64,000 nt of DNA from Rhizobacter sp. (GTDB taxonomy: Bacteria > Pseudomonadota > Gammaproteobacteria > Burkholderiales > Burkholderiaceae_C): positions 10,072-74,071 of the forward strand of contig JBJXEJ010000118.1 of NCBI GenBank assembly GCA_046154125.1. Reading direction: 5' to 3'. Position numbers and translations under genes: made by a program. A model generated the notes under the pieces. It was not told the origin of the DNA. It did no database searches and was given only the letters and a program-made list of their open reading frames with translations. Position 1 is the stretch's first letter. Each line of letters starts with the position of its first letter. Of this stretch, positions 36,544 to 46,680 are shown piece after piece.

Positions 36544-37341
36544 TCAGCCCAGCGACATGACCGCGCCAACGGCCAGCGCCTGCACGCGATGCGGCAGCTC
36601 GAGCCGGCCGATCTCGGCCATCACCGAGAACATCTCGCCGGGCTTGATGTGGGTGATGCGCACATCGACGCCGCCGGCCAGTTGCGCCAGTTCGCGGCCG
36701 AGTGCGGTCGGGCACAGATGGCGGCTGACATGGGCGAGTTGCTGCTCGTCGTCGCTGAAGGCGGTTTCGATCACCAGGTGCGACACCGTCATCGTGCGCA
36801 GCCGCTGCCACAGCGCCGGGTTGGGACCGGTGTCGCCTGTGTAGACCCACCAGCCCGCGCCGGCGCCCGCCTGTCCGGCTTCGACGGCGAAGCCGACGGC
36901 CGGCACGGTGTGGGCGGCAGGCAGCACCTCGGCGCGTCGGCGGCGCGCGCCCACGGTGAGCACGTCACCGACCGCGAACGGCACCAGCCGCAGCGCCGGC
37001 TTGTCGACGCTGGGCAGTCGGGTGAAGTCGGGCCAGATGACGCCGTTGAAGATGTGGTCGCGCAGGGCGGCCAGGGTTTCAGGCAGCGCATGCACCTGGA
37101 TCGGCCCGCGGCCCTGCGCGACGCGCGAGCGCATCACGCTGTCGGCCAGCAGTGCGATCGACAGCACGTGATCGAGATGCGAGTGGCTGACCAGCACGTG
37201 ATCGATGCGAGCCAGCGCGTCGAGCGGCAGGTCGCCGACACCGGTGCCGGCGTCGATCAACACGTCGTCGTCGAGCAGGAAGGCGGTGGTCCTGCACCCT
37301 GCAGCGATCGCGCCGGAACAGCCGAGGACGCGCAGGGTCAT
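36544..37341 (-). CDS. Class II 3',5'-cyclic-nucleotide phosphodiesterase (MBL fold)
   Basis: Class II PDE signature HSHLDHVLSIALL and N-terminal LRVLGCSGAIAAGCRTTAFLLDDDVLIDAGTG. The ATG at 37341 is in frame with ORF 36544..37428. Confidence 0.8.
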   Translation of the reverse strand: MTLRVLGCSGAIAAGCRTTAFLLDDDVLIDAGTGVGDLPLDALARIDHVLVSHSHLDHVLSIALLADSVMRSRVAQGRGPIQVHALPETLAALRDHIFNGVIWPDFTRLPSVDKPALRLVPFAVGDVLTVGARRRRAEVLPAAHTVPAVGFAVEAGQAGAGAGWWVYTGDTGPNPALWQRLRTMTVSHLVIETAFSDDEQQLAHVSRHLCPTALGRELAQLAGGVDVRITHIKPGEMFSVMAEIGRLELPHRVQALAVGAVMSLG

Positions 37342-37486
37342 GGTGTGGAGGAGAAGTCGGACACGGGGCAGCCTGGCGCGCAAGAAATGCGCGAGGAGGA
37401 TGCTGACTCCGGTGCCCCGCTCCGACAAGGTGCGGAAGTCTCGTTTGCCGGGCGCTCAGGCCCCGACCAGACAGCCTGCAGGCGAT

Positions 37487-37528
37487 GCCGTGAAAAGCGT
37501 CACGGCCAGCGCCCGCTGCGGGCGCTGG
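37487..37528 (-). terminator. Tandem hairpins downstream of the FHA gene (possible terminator)
   Basis: Two hairpins: GCCGTGA-AAAGCG-TCACGGC and CCAGCGCCC-GCTGC-GGGCGCTGG. They begin 12 nt after the FHA stop. The T-tract on the minus strand is weak. Confidence 0.4.
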
Positions 37529-37539
37529 CAGAAATTCGA

Positions 37540-38193
37540 TCAGCGATTGATGAACTGCATCTGGGTGCCGGCCAGCTCGATCACGTCGCCGTCCTTCAGC
37601 TGCGTGGTCTCGGTCACCAGGGGGTTGCCGTTGACCGTGGGCCGTGCCGAACCTTCGACGTGTGCAAACACGTATCCGGTGGGGCGCTTGGTGATCGATG
37701 CCACCTGCACGCCAGGCTTGCCGATGGTGGTGACGACCTTGGTCAGCGAAACCTCGCGGCCGGCTGCGGCCCCGTTGAGCACTTTGATCGACGCCGTGGT
37801 GCCGAGCGCGCCGAAGGTGGAGGCGGGCTGCAGGCCCGGCTGCACCGGAGCCGCCGAAGCATGCGAACCCGGTCGCATGATCTGCGTGGCCTCGTAGTCG
37901 GTGCCGTCGGCCACGAGGTACTTGATCTTGTACTTGCCGATCTCGACCGTGTCGTTGTGCACCAGCAGCTGCTTCTTGATGGCCTTGCCGTTGATGTAGG
38001 TGCCGTTGGTGCTGTTCAGGTCTTCGATGAACACGTCAGCGCCCAGCATCTGGAGCACGGCGTGCTCGCCGCTGACAGCAAGGTTGTCGATGACGATGTC
38101 GTTGTAGGGACGGCGGCCGAGCGTGGTCTTGTCCTTGGTGACTTGCACTTCCTTGATCACCACGCCATCGAGCGATACCACCAGTTTGCCCAT
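37540..38193 (-). CDS. FHA domain-containing protein (N-terminal FHA plus a second FHA-like C-terminal domain)
   Basis: FHA motif TLGRRPYNDIVIDNLAVSGEHAVL...STNGTYINGK. The second module is TTIGKPGVQVASI...VNGNPL...LKDGDVIELAGTQMQF. Confidence 0.85.
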   Translation of the reverse strand: MGKLVVSLDGVVIKEVQVTKDKTTLGRRPYNDIVIDNLAVSGEHAVLQMLGADVFIEDLNSTNGTYINGKAIKKQLLVHNDTVEIGKYKIKYLVADGTDYEATQIMRPGSHASAAPVQPGLQPASTFGALGTTASIKVLNGAAAGREVSLTKVVTTIGKPGVQVASITKRPTGYVFAHVEGSARPTVNGNPLVTETTQLKDGDVIELAGTQMQFINR

Positions 38194-38270
38194 GCTTGAC
38201 CTCGTCTGTTGTTGTGTCTACGTGGTGGAAACCATCGCTCGAGCGGTTGAAACGAAAGCCGGCGCCGCGA

Positions 38271-39053
38271 TCACCGCTTGAACGGCCACCAGGACCGGGC
38301 GGTACCGGTCGGGCCCTGAACACGCACCAAAATGACAGCAATGTTATCTTTTCCGCCAGCCTCGTTGGCCGCTGCGATCAGGGCGCGAGCGCCTGTTTCG
38401 ATGCTTTCGCACGCTTGCAGCAGCGTACCGATGCGCTCGTCGTCGAGCATGTCGGACAAGCCGTCGGAGCACAGCAGCACGAGGTCACCGGGCAGCAGGT
38501 CGTGCAGGTGCGACTCCAGCATCACCGTGTCCTCGACGCCCACCGCACGCGTGACCAGGTTCTTGTTAGACGAGAACGCAGCCTGTTCTTCAGTGATGAG
38601 ACCGGCGTCGATCTGCTCCTGTAGCAGCGAGTGGTCGTGCGTGATGCGCGTGAACTCGCCGGCACGCAGGCGGTAGCCGCGGGAATCGCCGACATGGCCC
38701 AGCAGCAGCCGGCCTTCACGGAATACGCCAACCACCAGCGTCGTGCCCATGCCTGCGTACTGCGGATTCGAGTTGGCGGCATTGAAGATCGCGCGGTTGG
38801 CGTTGTCGACACAGATGTCCATCGCGCGCCGGACATCGGCATCGGTTGCGTTGGACGAGGCCTCGGTCAGCCAGCGGCCGAGTTCGGTGAGGATGAACGA
38901 GGTGGCCATATTGCTGGCCACTTCACCGGCGTTGTAGCCGCCCATCCCGTCGGCCAGCACGACCAGCGCTGAGCCGGTATCGACCGCGACCGAGTCCTCG
39001 TTGTTGTTGCGCGCGCGACCGGTGTCGGTGGCACTGAAAAACTCGAACGGCAT
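38271..39053 (-). CDS. PP2C-family Ser/Thr protein phosphatase
   Basis: Motifs TDTGRARNNNEDS, LADGMGG, GDSRGY, LLCSDGL and GGKDNIAVILV. ATG at 39053 (MPFEFF). Confidence 0.9.
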   Translation of the reverse strand: MPFEFFSATDTGRARNNNEDSVAVDTGSALVVLADGMGGYNAGEVASNMATSFILTELGRWLTEASSNATDADVRRAMDICVDNANRAIFNAANSNPQYAGMGTTLVVGVFREGRLLLGHVGDSRGYRLRAGEFTRITHDHSLLQEQIDAGLITEEQAAFSSNKNLVTRAVGVEDTVMLESHLHDLLPGDLVLLCSDGLSDMLDDERIGTLLQACESIETGARALIAAANEAGGKDNIAVILVRVQGPTGTARSWWPFKR

Positions 39054-39134
39054 AAGTTTCGGACCGGCACGAACAAGGAACGGCGATGCGTCAGAGCGAA
39101 CGCCTAGGTCCGCCAGCGACGCGCGCAAGGGCAA

Positions 39135-40460
39135 TCACAAGCCGGAATTGTGCCCCGGATCAGTGCGAAGGATTCTCACGGTGGCAGCGAAAGCATCCGA
39201 ATCGGGGGATTCCGACTGCACCACTGCCGCGGCGGACGCACCACCCGGGGTCAACGCGCTCTCGGGCCACAGGGCCGCCACCTCGCGCAACGCCGTCGCC
39301 AGCTGGCGTCCATCGGCATGGCGTGCTTCGGGTTGCTTGGACAGCGCACGAGCCACCAGCAGCGCCAACGCTTCGGGAATCTCGGGGCGCAGAGCGCGCA
39401 GATCGGGCGCTGGCTCATTCGCGATGGCATACATCAGCTTGGCCATCGATTCGGCGCGATGCGGCAGCTGCCCGGTCAGCAACTGGAACAGCATCACGCC
39501 CAGAGAGTAGAGGTCGGCGCGCCCGTCGACACGGCGCCCGGACATCTGCTCGGGTGACATGAAGGACGGCGTGCCGAGCACCATGCCGGTCCGCGTGCGA
39601 CTGGAGTCGGTGATGCGGGCAATTCCAAAATCGGTGACCTTCACGACGCCGCTCGCCAGATCGACCATGACGTTGGCAGGCTTGACGTCGCGGTGCACCA
39701 CGCCCTGGGTGTGCGCATGGGCCAGCGCATTGGCCACGCGCTCGCCGATATGAACAACCAGCGGCAATGGCAGCAGCTGAGACGACTGCGTGTGGCGCTG
39801 CAGGTCGTGCCCGCGCAGGAACTCCATCGCGATGTAAGCCAGCTCGTGGTCTTCACCCGCGTCGAAGATGGTCACGATGTCAGGGTGCTGCAGGCGGCCG
39901 GCGGTTTCGGCCTCGCGGAAGAAGCGCTGACGCGCCTCGACGAGTTCGGCGCCTTCGAACTCCGAGGCCAGTGCCATCGTCTTGATCGCGACCAGACGAC
40001 CGATCTGCGGATCGCGTCCCAGGTACACCGCACCCATCGCGCCACGACCGAGCTGGCGCTCGATGTGATATCGGCCGAGGGTGGCGTGGTCGGAGGCATT
40101 CGCCGCAGCGGGTGCCGAGACCGGCGGACCGGGCGGCGTGGGCGTTGCCGGCTGGGCGACGGTCATCGGAAGCGCCGGGACCGTCCGGCGCCCTGCGGCA
40201 CGACCCAACGACCAGCCCGCGTGTCCGGTCAGCAGGGCGGCGGCAGCGGCCAACAACACGGCGATCCATGCGCCGGCACCCGGCACCAGCAGACCGCTGA
40301 AGACTGCCGCAGCGACCAGCATGACGGAAAGCGACCCGGTCAGCGACCAAGCCACGGCCGACGACAACCGGGGCAAGGCGAGTAACAGGTAGGCGCCCAG
40401 CGCCAGGGCCAGCAGCCCTCCGCAAAGCAAGGCAGCACCTGAACCGGCTGGAAATGACAT
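39135..40460 (-). CDS. Hanks-type Ser/Thr protein kinase with N-terminal transmembrane region
   Basis: Kinase motifs GRGAMGAVYLG, VAIKT, HRDVKPANVMV, DFGIA and GTPSFMSPEQ. They are preceded by about 90 aa of hydrophobic segments. Confidence 0.9.
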   Translation of the reverse strand: MSFPAGSGAALLCGGLLALALGAYLLLALPRLSSAVAWSLTGSLSVMLVAAAVFSGLLVPGAGAWIAVLLAAAAALLTGHAGWSLGRAAGRRTVPALPMTVAQPATPTPPGPPVSAPAAANASDHATLGRYHIERQLGRGAMGAVYLGRDPQIGRLVAIKTMALASEFEGAELVEARQRFFREAETAGRLQHPDIVTIFDAGEDHELAYIAMEFLRGHDLQRHTQSSQLLPLPLVVHIGERVANALAHAHTQGVVHRDVKPANVMVDLASGVVKVTDFGIARITDSSRTRTGMVLGTPSFMSPEQMSGRRVDGRADLYSLGVMLFQLLTGQLPHRAESMAKLMYAIANEPAPDLRALRPEIPEALALLVARALSKQPEARHADGRQLATALREVAALWPESALTPGGASAAAVVQSESPDSDAFAATVRILRTDPGHNSGL

Positions 40461-41182
40461 CAGTCAGCGCCCTGGCGACGCGTCTGCAGCGCCTTGCCGA
40501 TGGCCAGCACCAGCAGCGCTCCGGCGACCCCGGCGACGTACTTGACTGCATCGGTCAGCGGCAGCTTGGGCAACTGCGGCAACACCTCGGGGCTGATCAG
40601 GGCGGGATCGCTGACCGCCATCGTGCCGGCGATCCAGCCCAGCAGCATCGCACCGAAGGTGATGATCGCGGGGTAGCGATCCATCAGCTTGATCACCAGC
40701 TGGCTCCCCCAGACGATGATCGGAATGCTGACCAGCAGACCGAAGATGACCAGCGGCATCGTGTGATCGCCGCCGGCGGTCTCGGCCGCACCGGCAATGG
40801 CGATGACGTTATCGACGCTCATCACCAGGTCAGCCACGATGACCGTCTTGACGGCGCCCCACAGCCGGTCGCTGCCCTCGATGTGGGTGTGGCCGTCCTC
40901 GTCCTCTGGGAGCAGCAGCTTCACGCCGATCCACAGCAGCAGGATCGCGCCGATGACCTTCAGGAACGGGATCGACAGCAGCTGTAGCGCGAAGAAGATC
41001 AGGATCACGCGCAGCACGATGGCGCCGGCGGTACCCCACAGGATGCCCCTGGTTCGCTGGGCCGGTGGCAGCTTGCGGCATGCCAGGGCGATCACCACCG
41101 CGTTGTCGCCGCCGAGCAGGATGTCGATCATGATGATCTGGCCGACCGCGATCCAGAACTCGGGAGTCATCAGGGCTTGCAT
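40460..41182 (-). CDS. TerC family integral membrane protein
   Basis: Duplicated TerC motifs DILLGGDNAVVIALA and VMSVDNVIAIAGAA. The start is ATG 41182 (MQALM...) or ATG 41170 (MTPEFW...), which would give a TGATG overlap with the P450 stop. The rest of ORF 40460..41761 overlaps the P450 gene out of frame. Confidence 0.85.
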   Translation of the reverse strand: MQALMTPEFWIAVGQIIMIDILLGGDNAVVIALACRKLPPAQRTRGILWGTAGAIVLRVILIFFALQLLSIPFLKVIGAILLLWIGVKLLLPEDEDGHTHIEGSDRLWGAVKTVIVADLVMSVDNVIAIAGAAETAGGDHTMPLVIFGLLVSIPIIVWGSQLVIKLMDRYPAIITFGAMLLGWIAGTMAVSDPALISPEVLPQLPKLPLTDAVKYVAGVAGALLVLAIGKALQTRRQGAD

Positions 41183-42546
41183 GCGTTCTCTGGGTGTGCG
41201 TCCGTGGAACGAGGCGGCAGTGTAGGGGCCGAGCTTGCCTGACCTGTCGGTCGCCTGACTGGCTGCAGGAGCAGCTCCGTCACGCCGCGGTACAGCGGGT
41301 TGCCCGTCCAGGTAGCCGAGTTCGACTGCACGAGCGCGAGGTCCGGCCAGCGCTCGATCGCCTGCGAGAAGACCGTCTGCGCCTCCAGAAGAGTCAATGC
41401 AGCGCCGATGCACGCGTGCGGCCCCTGGCCGAACGCCAGTGGTGCGCCGGGGCGTCGGGTAATGTCCAGGGCGTCCGGCAGTTCGTGGCGGGCAGGGTCG
41501 CGGTTGGCGGCGCCGATCAGCGCCACCACGAGGTCGCCCCGGCGAAGGCTTTGCCCGTGCAACTCGAGATCGGTGACGACCCGACGACCGGTGTACTGGA
41601 CCGGGCAGTCGTAGCGCAGCAATTCGCGAACTGCACCGGGCAGCAGGGCCGGGTCGCAGCGCAGCCTCTGCCAGGCGTCCGGGTGCGAGAGCAGCAGGCG
41701 CAGCCCGTTCGCCAGCAGGTGGCGCGTGGTTTCGTGGCCGGCGAACAGCAGCATCACGCACTGCGCCATCAATTCGGCGCTGCCGTGGATCGCGCCAGAG
41801 CGCTCGGCCAGCAGCAGGCGATCGATGACGTCGTCGCGCGCGTCGGCACCGCGATCAAGCGCGGCCCGACGACGCGCGAGCAACGCCTCGAAATAGCGTG
41901 CCATCGCGAGCAGCGCCGTCTGCGCACCCAGTGCCTGCAGGCGGGTCGGCTCGGGCGCACCGATGAAGACCGCCAACTCGTCTGACCACGCGACAAAGTC
42001 GCAAGGCTCTTCGTCGATGCCCATCAGCATGCCGATCACCTGGGCAGGCAGTGGACGCGCGAGGGCGGGCACGAAGTCGAACGCACAGGACGGATCCACC
42101 GCATCGAGACGTTCGGAGACTGCGCGCTCGATGCGCGGCGTGAGCCGCTGCAGATCGGACGGCCGGAAGCCGGCGGCGAGCACCTGTCGCACGCGGGTGT
42201 GGTCAGGCGCATCGAGAAAGATCATCGCCCGGGCGAACAGGCGCTGGAAACCGCGCAACTCGGTACGCGACTCCTCGGTGCGCATGACCCAGCCACCGGT
42301 TCGCTGCGCCGAGAAGCGCGTGTCGCGCAACGCCATCTCGACATCGGCACAGCGCGACATCAGCCATGCGCCGCCGAAGAATTCGTCGCTCCAGGCCAGC
42401 GGAGCGATCTCGCGCAGAACGCGGTAGGTCGGGTACGGATCGCGCAGGAAATCGGCTTCGAGCAGGGCGTGCCCGAGCAGCGCCCGGGCGTTCGGAGCGC
42501 CGGGCGGCGGCGCATGGATCGCCGAAGCCCGGCGCGTCTCCGCCAT
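41170..42546 (-). CDS. Cytochrome P450
   Basis: I-helix FAGHETTRH, ExxR in VRELLRYD and heme-thiolate loop FGQGPHACIG. The ATG at 42546 overlaps the sucD stop (TGATG). Confidence 0.9.
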   Translation of the reverse strand: MAETRRASAIHAPPPGAPNARALLGHALLEADFLRDPYPTYRVLREIAPLAWSDEFFGGAWLMSRCADVEMALRDTRFSAQRTGGWVMRTEESRTELRGFQRLFARAMIFLDAPDHTRVRQVLAAGFRPSDLQRLTPRIERAVSERLDAVDPSCAFDFVPALARPLPAQVIGMLMGIDEEPCDFVAWSDELAVFIGAPEPTRLQALGAQTALLAMARYFEALLARRRAALDRGADARDDVIDRLLLAERSGAIHGSAELMAQCVMLLFAGHETTRHLLANGLRLLLSHPDAWQRLRCDPALLPGAVRELLRYDCPVQYTGRRVVTDLELHGQSLRRGDLVVALIGAANRDPARHELPDALDITRRPGAPLAFGQGPHACIGAALTLLEAQTVFSQAIERWPDLALVQSNSATWTGNPLYRGVTELLLQPVRRPTGQASSAPTLPPRSTDAHPENACKP

Positions 42547-43439
42547 CAGAGCAGCTTCTTGAGCAGCTTGGCCATTTCGGACGGGTTGCGCGTCACGGTG
42601 AAGCCGCTGGCTTCCATCACCTCCAGCTTGGCGTCGGCGGTGTCGGCGCCGCCCGAGATCAGTGCACCGGCGTGGCCCATGCGCTTGCCAGCCGGCGCGG
42701 TGACACCGGCGATGAAGCCGACGATCGGCTTCTTCATGTTCGCCTTGCACCAGACAGCGGCTTCGGCCTCGTCGGGACCACCGATCTCGCCAATCATGAT
42801 GACGGCATCGGTGTCGGGGTCGTCGTTGAACAGCCGCATGATGTCGATGTGCTTCAGGCCGTTGATCGGGTCGCCGCCGATGCCGACTGCGCTGGACTGG
42901 CCGAGGCCGATCTCGGTGAGCTGCGCAACGGCTTCATACGTCAGCGTGCCGGACCGGCTGACCACGCCGATGCGGCCCTTGCGGTGGATGTGGCCCGGCA
43001 TGATGCCGATCTTGATCTCGTCCGGCGTGATCAGACCCGGGCAGTTGGGGCCGAGCAGCAGCGTCTTCTTGCCGCCCTTGGCTTCCTTCTGGATCATCTT
43101 GTTGCGCACTTCGAGCATGTCGCGCACGGGAATGCCTTCGGTGATGCAGATGGCGAGGTCAAGGTCGGCCTCCACGGCCTCCCAGATGGCCGCGGCAGCG
43201 CCCGCCGGTGGCACGTAGATGACGCTGACGGTGGCGCCGGTGGTCTTGGCGGCCTCCCTGACGCTGGCGTAGATCGGGATGCCTTCGAAGTCTTCGCCAG
43301 CCTTCTTCGGGTTGACGCCGGCGACGAAGCAGTTCTTGCCGTTCGCGTAATCACGGCACATGCGGGTGTGGAACTGGCCCGTCTTGCCGGTGATGCCTTG
43401 CGTGATGACCTTGGTGTCTTTGTTGATCAGGATGCTCAT
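42546..43439 (-). CDS. sucD: Succinate--CoA ligase subunit alpha
   Basis: Motifs [11 protein letters not shown] and SRSGTLTYE, plus the phosphohistidine loop MGHAGA. Confidence 0.97.
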   Translation of the reverse strand: MSILINKDTKVITQGITGKTGQFHTRMCRDYANGKNCFVAGVNPKKAGEDFEGIPIYASVREAAKTTGATVSVIYVPPAGAAAAIWEAVEADLDLAICITEGIPVRDMLEVRNKMIQKEAKGGKKTLLLGPNCPGLITPDEIKIGIMPGHIHRKGRIGVVSRSGTLTYEAVAQLTEIGLGQSSAVGIGGDPINGLKHIDIMRLFNDDPDTDAVIMIGEIGGPDEAEAAVWCKANMKKPIVGFIAGVTAPAGKRMGHAGALISGGADTADAKLEVMEASGFTVTRNPSEMAKLLKKLL

Positions 43440-43464
43440 GTGTGTGTCCTTGGTCTCGGGGCGC

Positions 43465-44628
43465 TTACTTCTTCAGCGCGGCCATCACGGCTTGCGCGGC
43501 GTCGGCCATCGACTCGGCAGTGATGATCGGCAGGCCCGAATCCTTCAGCATCTTCTTGCCGATGTCCTCGTTGGTGCCCTTCATCCGCACCACCAGCGGC
43601 ACGTTCAGGTTGACGGCCTTGCACGCGGCGATCACGCCTTCGGCGATGGTGTCGCAGCGCATGATCCCGCCGAAGATGTTGACCAGGATGGCCTTCACCT
43701 TCGGGTTTCCCAGCATGATCTTGAAGGCTTCGGTGACCTTCTCGGCGGTAGCGCCACCGCCGACGTCGAGGAAGTTGGCCGGCTCGGCACCGAACAGCTT
43801 GATGGTGTCCATCGTCGCCATCGCGAGTCCGGCGCCGTTGACCAGGCAGCCAATGTTGCCGTCGAGCTGGATGTAGGCCAGGTCGAACTTGCTGGCCTCG
43901 ATCTCGGCCGGGTCTTCCTCGTCGAGATCGCGGTAGGCGACGATCTCCGGATGGCGGAACAGCGCGTTGCTGTCGAAGTTGAATTTCGCGTCGAGCGCCT
44001 TGATGTTGCCCGAGCCTTCGAGGATCAGGGGGTTGATCTCGGCGAGGCTCGAATCGGTCTCCATGTAGCAGGTGTAGAGCTTCTTGAAGACATCGACCGC
44101 CTGCGTCTGGCTGGCTGCGGGAATGCCGATGCCGGTGGCCAGTTGCAACCCTTGCGCATCGGTCAAGCCGATCAGCGGGTCGACAAACACCTTGATGATC
44201 TTCTCGGGCGTGTCGTGCGCGACCTGCTCGATGTCCATGCCCCCTTCGCTAGACGCCATCAGCACGACCTTCTGCGTGCCGCGGTCGGTGACCGCCGCGA
44301 CGTAGTACTCGTGCTTGATGTCGGCGCCTTCCTCGATCAGCAGTCGGCGCACCTTCTGGCCTTCGGGGCCGGTCTGGTGGGTCTTCAACTGCATGCCGAG
44401 GATCTCGCCGGCCAACTTCTTGACGTCATCGAGCGAGCGTGCCAGCTTGACGCCACCGCCCTTGCCACGACCGCCCGCATGGATCTGCGCCTTGACGACC
44501 CAGACCGGCCCGCCCAGCTTCTGCGCCGCCTCCAGGGCCTCGTGGACGCTGAATGCCGGGTAGCCCTTGGGAACCGGGATGCCATAACGGCTCAGCAGCT
44601 CTTTGCCTTGGTATTCATGGATTTTCAT
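43465..44628 (-). CDS. sucC: ADP-forming succinate--CoA ligase subunit beta
   Basis: Motifs [12 protein letters not shown] and [17 protein letters not shown]. The layout is full-length SucC. Confidence 0.97.
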   Translation of the reverse strand: MKIHEYQGKELLSRYGIPVPKGYPAFSVHEALEAAQKLGGPVWVVKAQIHAGGRGKGGGVKLARSLDDVKKLAGEILGMQLKTHQTGPEGQKVRRLLIEEGADIKHEYYVAAVTDRGTQKVVLMASSEGGMDIEQVAHDTPEKIIKVFVDPLIGLTDAQGLQLATGIGIPAASQTQAVDVFKKLYTCYMETDSSLAEINPLILEGSGNIKALDAKFNFDSNALFRHPEIVAYRDLDEEDPAEIEASKFDLAYIQLDGNIGCLVNGAGLAMATMDTIKLFGAEPANFLDVGGGATAEKVTEAFKIMLGNPKVKAILVNIFGGIMRCDTIAEGVIAACKAVNLNVPLVVRMKGTNEDIGKKMLKDSGLPIITAESMADAAQAVMAALKK

Positions 44629-44926
44629 GCGGAGGCTTTCTTGCAGAAGATGAAGTCGAGGAGCCCGAAATGAGAAGAATGGCCGTGGAAGCTGCGATCC
44701 CGGTCGAGCAAACGATCAGTCCAGCGGCGCCGAACAGAGGGGGAAACGTCGGTCGCACACAGGTCTGATGTCCTTGCGTTTGCTTGGACAGTCGGCAGAT
44801 GAGGCATCACACACGCCCAGCCCCTGGCATTTCGCGCGGGCAATGTAACATGCTGCGCTGCACCAACCCGACGTTCGGATGGCGGGCGGTTGAGGGTGGG
44901 CCGGATGCGACGAGCAGGCTCTCGGC

Positions 44927-45523
44927 TCAATCCGCTTCGTCATTGAAAGGCGCTTCCTGGAGGTGCCGTGCGTCGAGATCCTCGTGTGTGGCGTCGAGAT
45001 CCATGTCCCGCTGGCCGGATGTGCGCAGCACCTGTCGTACGACATCGGAAGAAAAGCCGCGCGCCGTGAGAAAGCGTGCCTGCCTGGCCCGTTCGGTCAG
45101 GGTTGCCGGCGGTCCGCCGAACTTGCGTTGCCGCACCTCGACAGCACGAGCCTGCTCGCTGTTGCGGAGATCGCCAGCCAGATCTGGCGTCAGCCCAACG
45201 CCGTGCTGCGACAACTCCCTGCGTATCCGCAGATTGCCGTAGCGTGCCGATCGAGCGTGGACACGGCTTTCGACGAAGCGCTCGTCGCTGAGGTAACGGT
45301 GTGCGAGCAGCCAATCGAGCAGCGTGTCCACCTCGATCTCGGGATCAAGTGAGTCGCGGGACCCGGCGCTGCCAGCAGACTCGCTTTCGGGAGGGTCGCC
45401 GTCGGCCTCTCGACGAGCGTCGCGCAACCGCCGCAGCAACTTGCGGCGCAGTTCGAGGCGACTGTGTTCGCGCTGGGCGAGCAGTTGCAGCGCACGCCCC
45501 TTGAGCGACAGCGGCGTCTTCAT
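44927..45523 (-). CDS. recX: Recombination regulator RecX
   Basis: Located immediately downstream of recA. RecX-like helical repeats are present (ALQLLAQREHSRLELRRKL..., YLSDERFVESRV..., GNLRIRRELSQHGV). Confidence 0.85.
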   Translation of the reverse strand: MKTPLSLKGRALQLLAQREHSRLELRRKLLRRLRDARREADGDPPESESAGSAGSRDSLDPEIEVDTLLDWLLAHRYLSDERFVESRVHARSARYGNLRIRRELSQHGVGLTPDLAGDLRNSEQARAVEVRQRKFGGPPATLTERARQARFLTARGFSSDVVRQVLRTSGQRDMDLDATHEDLDARHLQEAPFNDEAD

Positions 45524-45550
45524 CGCGGAGGGCGAACCGACGCCTCAGGC

Positions 45551-46627
45551 TCACTCCTTGGCAGCGCGCTCTTTGGCAACCTTGGGCGCTTCGGCGCCGT
45601 CCAACGGAGGCAAGGCGGGGATGCCGACAGCTGCGCGGACCAGGTTCTCGATTTCGAATGCCAACGCCGGGTTCTCGCGCAGGAACTCGCGGGCGTTGTC
45701 CTTGCCCTGTCCGATCTTCTCGCCCTTGTACGCATACCAGGCACCGCTCTTCTCGAGCACCTTGGCCTCGACGCCCATGTCGATGATCTCGCCCTCGCGG
45801 CTGATGCCCTCGCCATAGAGGATGTCGAACTCGGCCGTCTTGAACGGCGGTGACACCTTGTTCTTGACAACCTTGACCTTGGTTTCGTTGCCGATGACCT
45901 CTTCGCCCTTCTTGATGCTGCCGATGCGACGGATGTCGAGCCGCACCGACGCGTAGAACTTCAGCGCGTTGCCACCGGTGGTGGTCTCGGGAGAGCCGAA
46001 CATGACACCGATCTTCATGCGGATCTGATTGATGAAGATGACCATGGTGTTGGTCTTCTTGATCGTGCCGGTGAGCTTGCGCAGAGCCTGGCTCATCAGC
46101 CGCGCCTGCAGCCCGGGCAGCGAATCGCCCATCTCGCCTTCGATCTCGGCCTTCGGCGTCAGTGCCGCCACCGAATCGATGACCACCAGATCGACTGAGG
46201 CCGAGCGCACCAGCGCATCGACGATTTCCAGCGCCTGTTCACCGGTGTCGGGCTGGCTGATCAGCAATTCCTGCAGATTCACGCCGAGCTTTTGCGCGTA
46301 GGCGGTGTCGAGCGCGTGCTCGGCGTCGATGAAGGCGCAGGTGCCGCCGACCTTCTGCATCTCGGCGATGACCTGGAGGGTCAGCGTCGTCTTGCCGCTC
46401 GATTCGGGACCGTAGATCTCGACGACGCGACCGCGCGGCAGACCACCGACGCCGAGCGCGATATCGAGGCCCAGCGATCCGGTGGACACCACTTCGATGT
46501 CGTCGATCACTTCGCCCTCGCCCAGACGCATGATCGTGCCCTTGCCGAACTGCTTTTCAATCTGCGCCAGCGCGGCCTGCAGGGCCTTGGCTTTCTCGGT
46601 ATTCAGGGCTTTGACGGGTGCGTCCAT
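45551..46627 (-). CDS. recA: Recombinase RecA
   Basis: Motifs [10 protein letters not shown], Walker [13 protein letters not shown] and IDAEHALD. Confidence 0.98.
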   Translation of the reverse strand: MDAPVKALNTEKAKALQAALAQIEKQFGKGTIMRLGEGEVIDDIEVVSTGSLGLDIALGVGGLPRGRVVEIYGPESSGKTTLTLQVIAEMQKVGGTCAFIDAEHALDTAYAQKLGVNLQELLISQPDTGEQALEIVDALVRSASVDLVVIDSVAALTPKAEIEGEMGDSLPGLQARLMSQALRKLTGTIKKTNTMVIFINQIRMKIGVMFGSPETTTGGNALKFYASVRLDIRRIGSIKKGEEVIGNETKVKVVKNKVSPPFKTAEFDILYGEGISREGEIIDMGVEAKVLEKSGAWYAYKGEKIGQGKDNAREFLRENPALAFEIENLVRAAVGIPALPPLDGAEAPKVAKERAAKE

Positions 46628-46664
46628 GGGGTTCTCCGGGATGTGGCTTCGATTATCGCAAAAG

Positions 46665-46680
46665 CTGGATGTTTGTACAG
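46665..46680. promoter_or_regulatory. LexA (SOS) box upstream of recA
   Basis: CTGGATGTTTGTACAG, compared with the CTGT-N8-ACAG consensus (one mismatch). It lies 38-53 nt upstream of the recA start, in an AT-rich patch. Confidence 0.6.

Noticed and set aside
39054-39134. Longer PP2C start (TTG at 39134) abutting the kinase stop.
   Set aside because: PP2C homologs begin close to the xxxTDxGxxRxxNED motif. The ATG at 39053 gives MPFEFFSATDTGRARNNNEDS, and the extension has no similarity to the family. The TTG start cannot be strictly excluded.
41183-41761. N-terminal 190-aa extension of the TerC ORF (40460..41761).
   Set aside because: The extension is Arg/Pro-rich. It overlaps the P450 coding region in another frame. 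TerC homology begins only at MQALMTPEFW (41182/41170).
44815-44840. TGGCAT...GGGCA string in the sucC upstream region as a possible sigma54 promoter.
   Set aside because: It is on the wrong strand for sucC. It also lacks the GC dinucleotide of a TTGC -12 element at the required N5 spacing.
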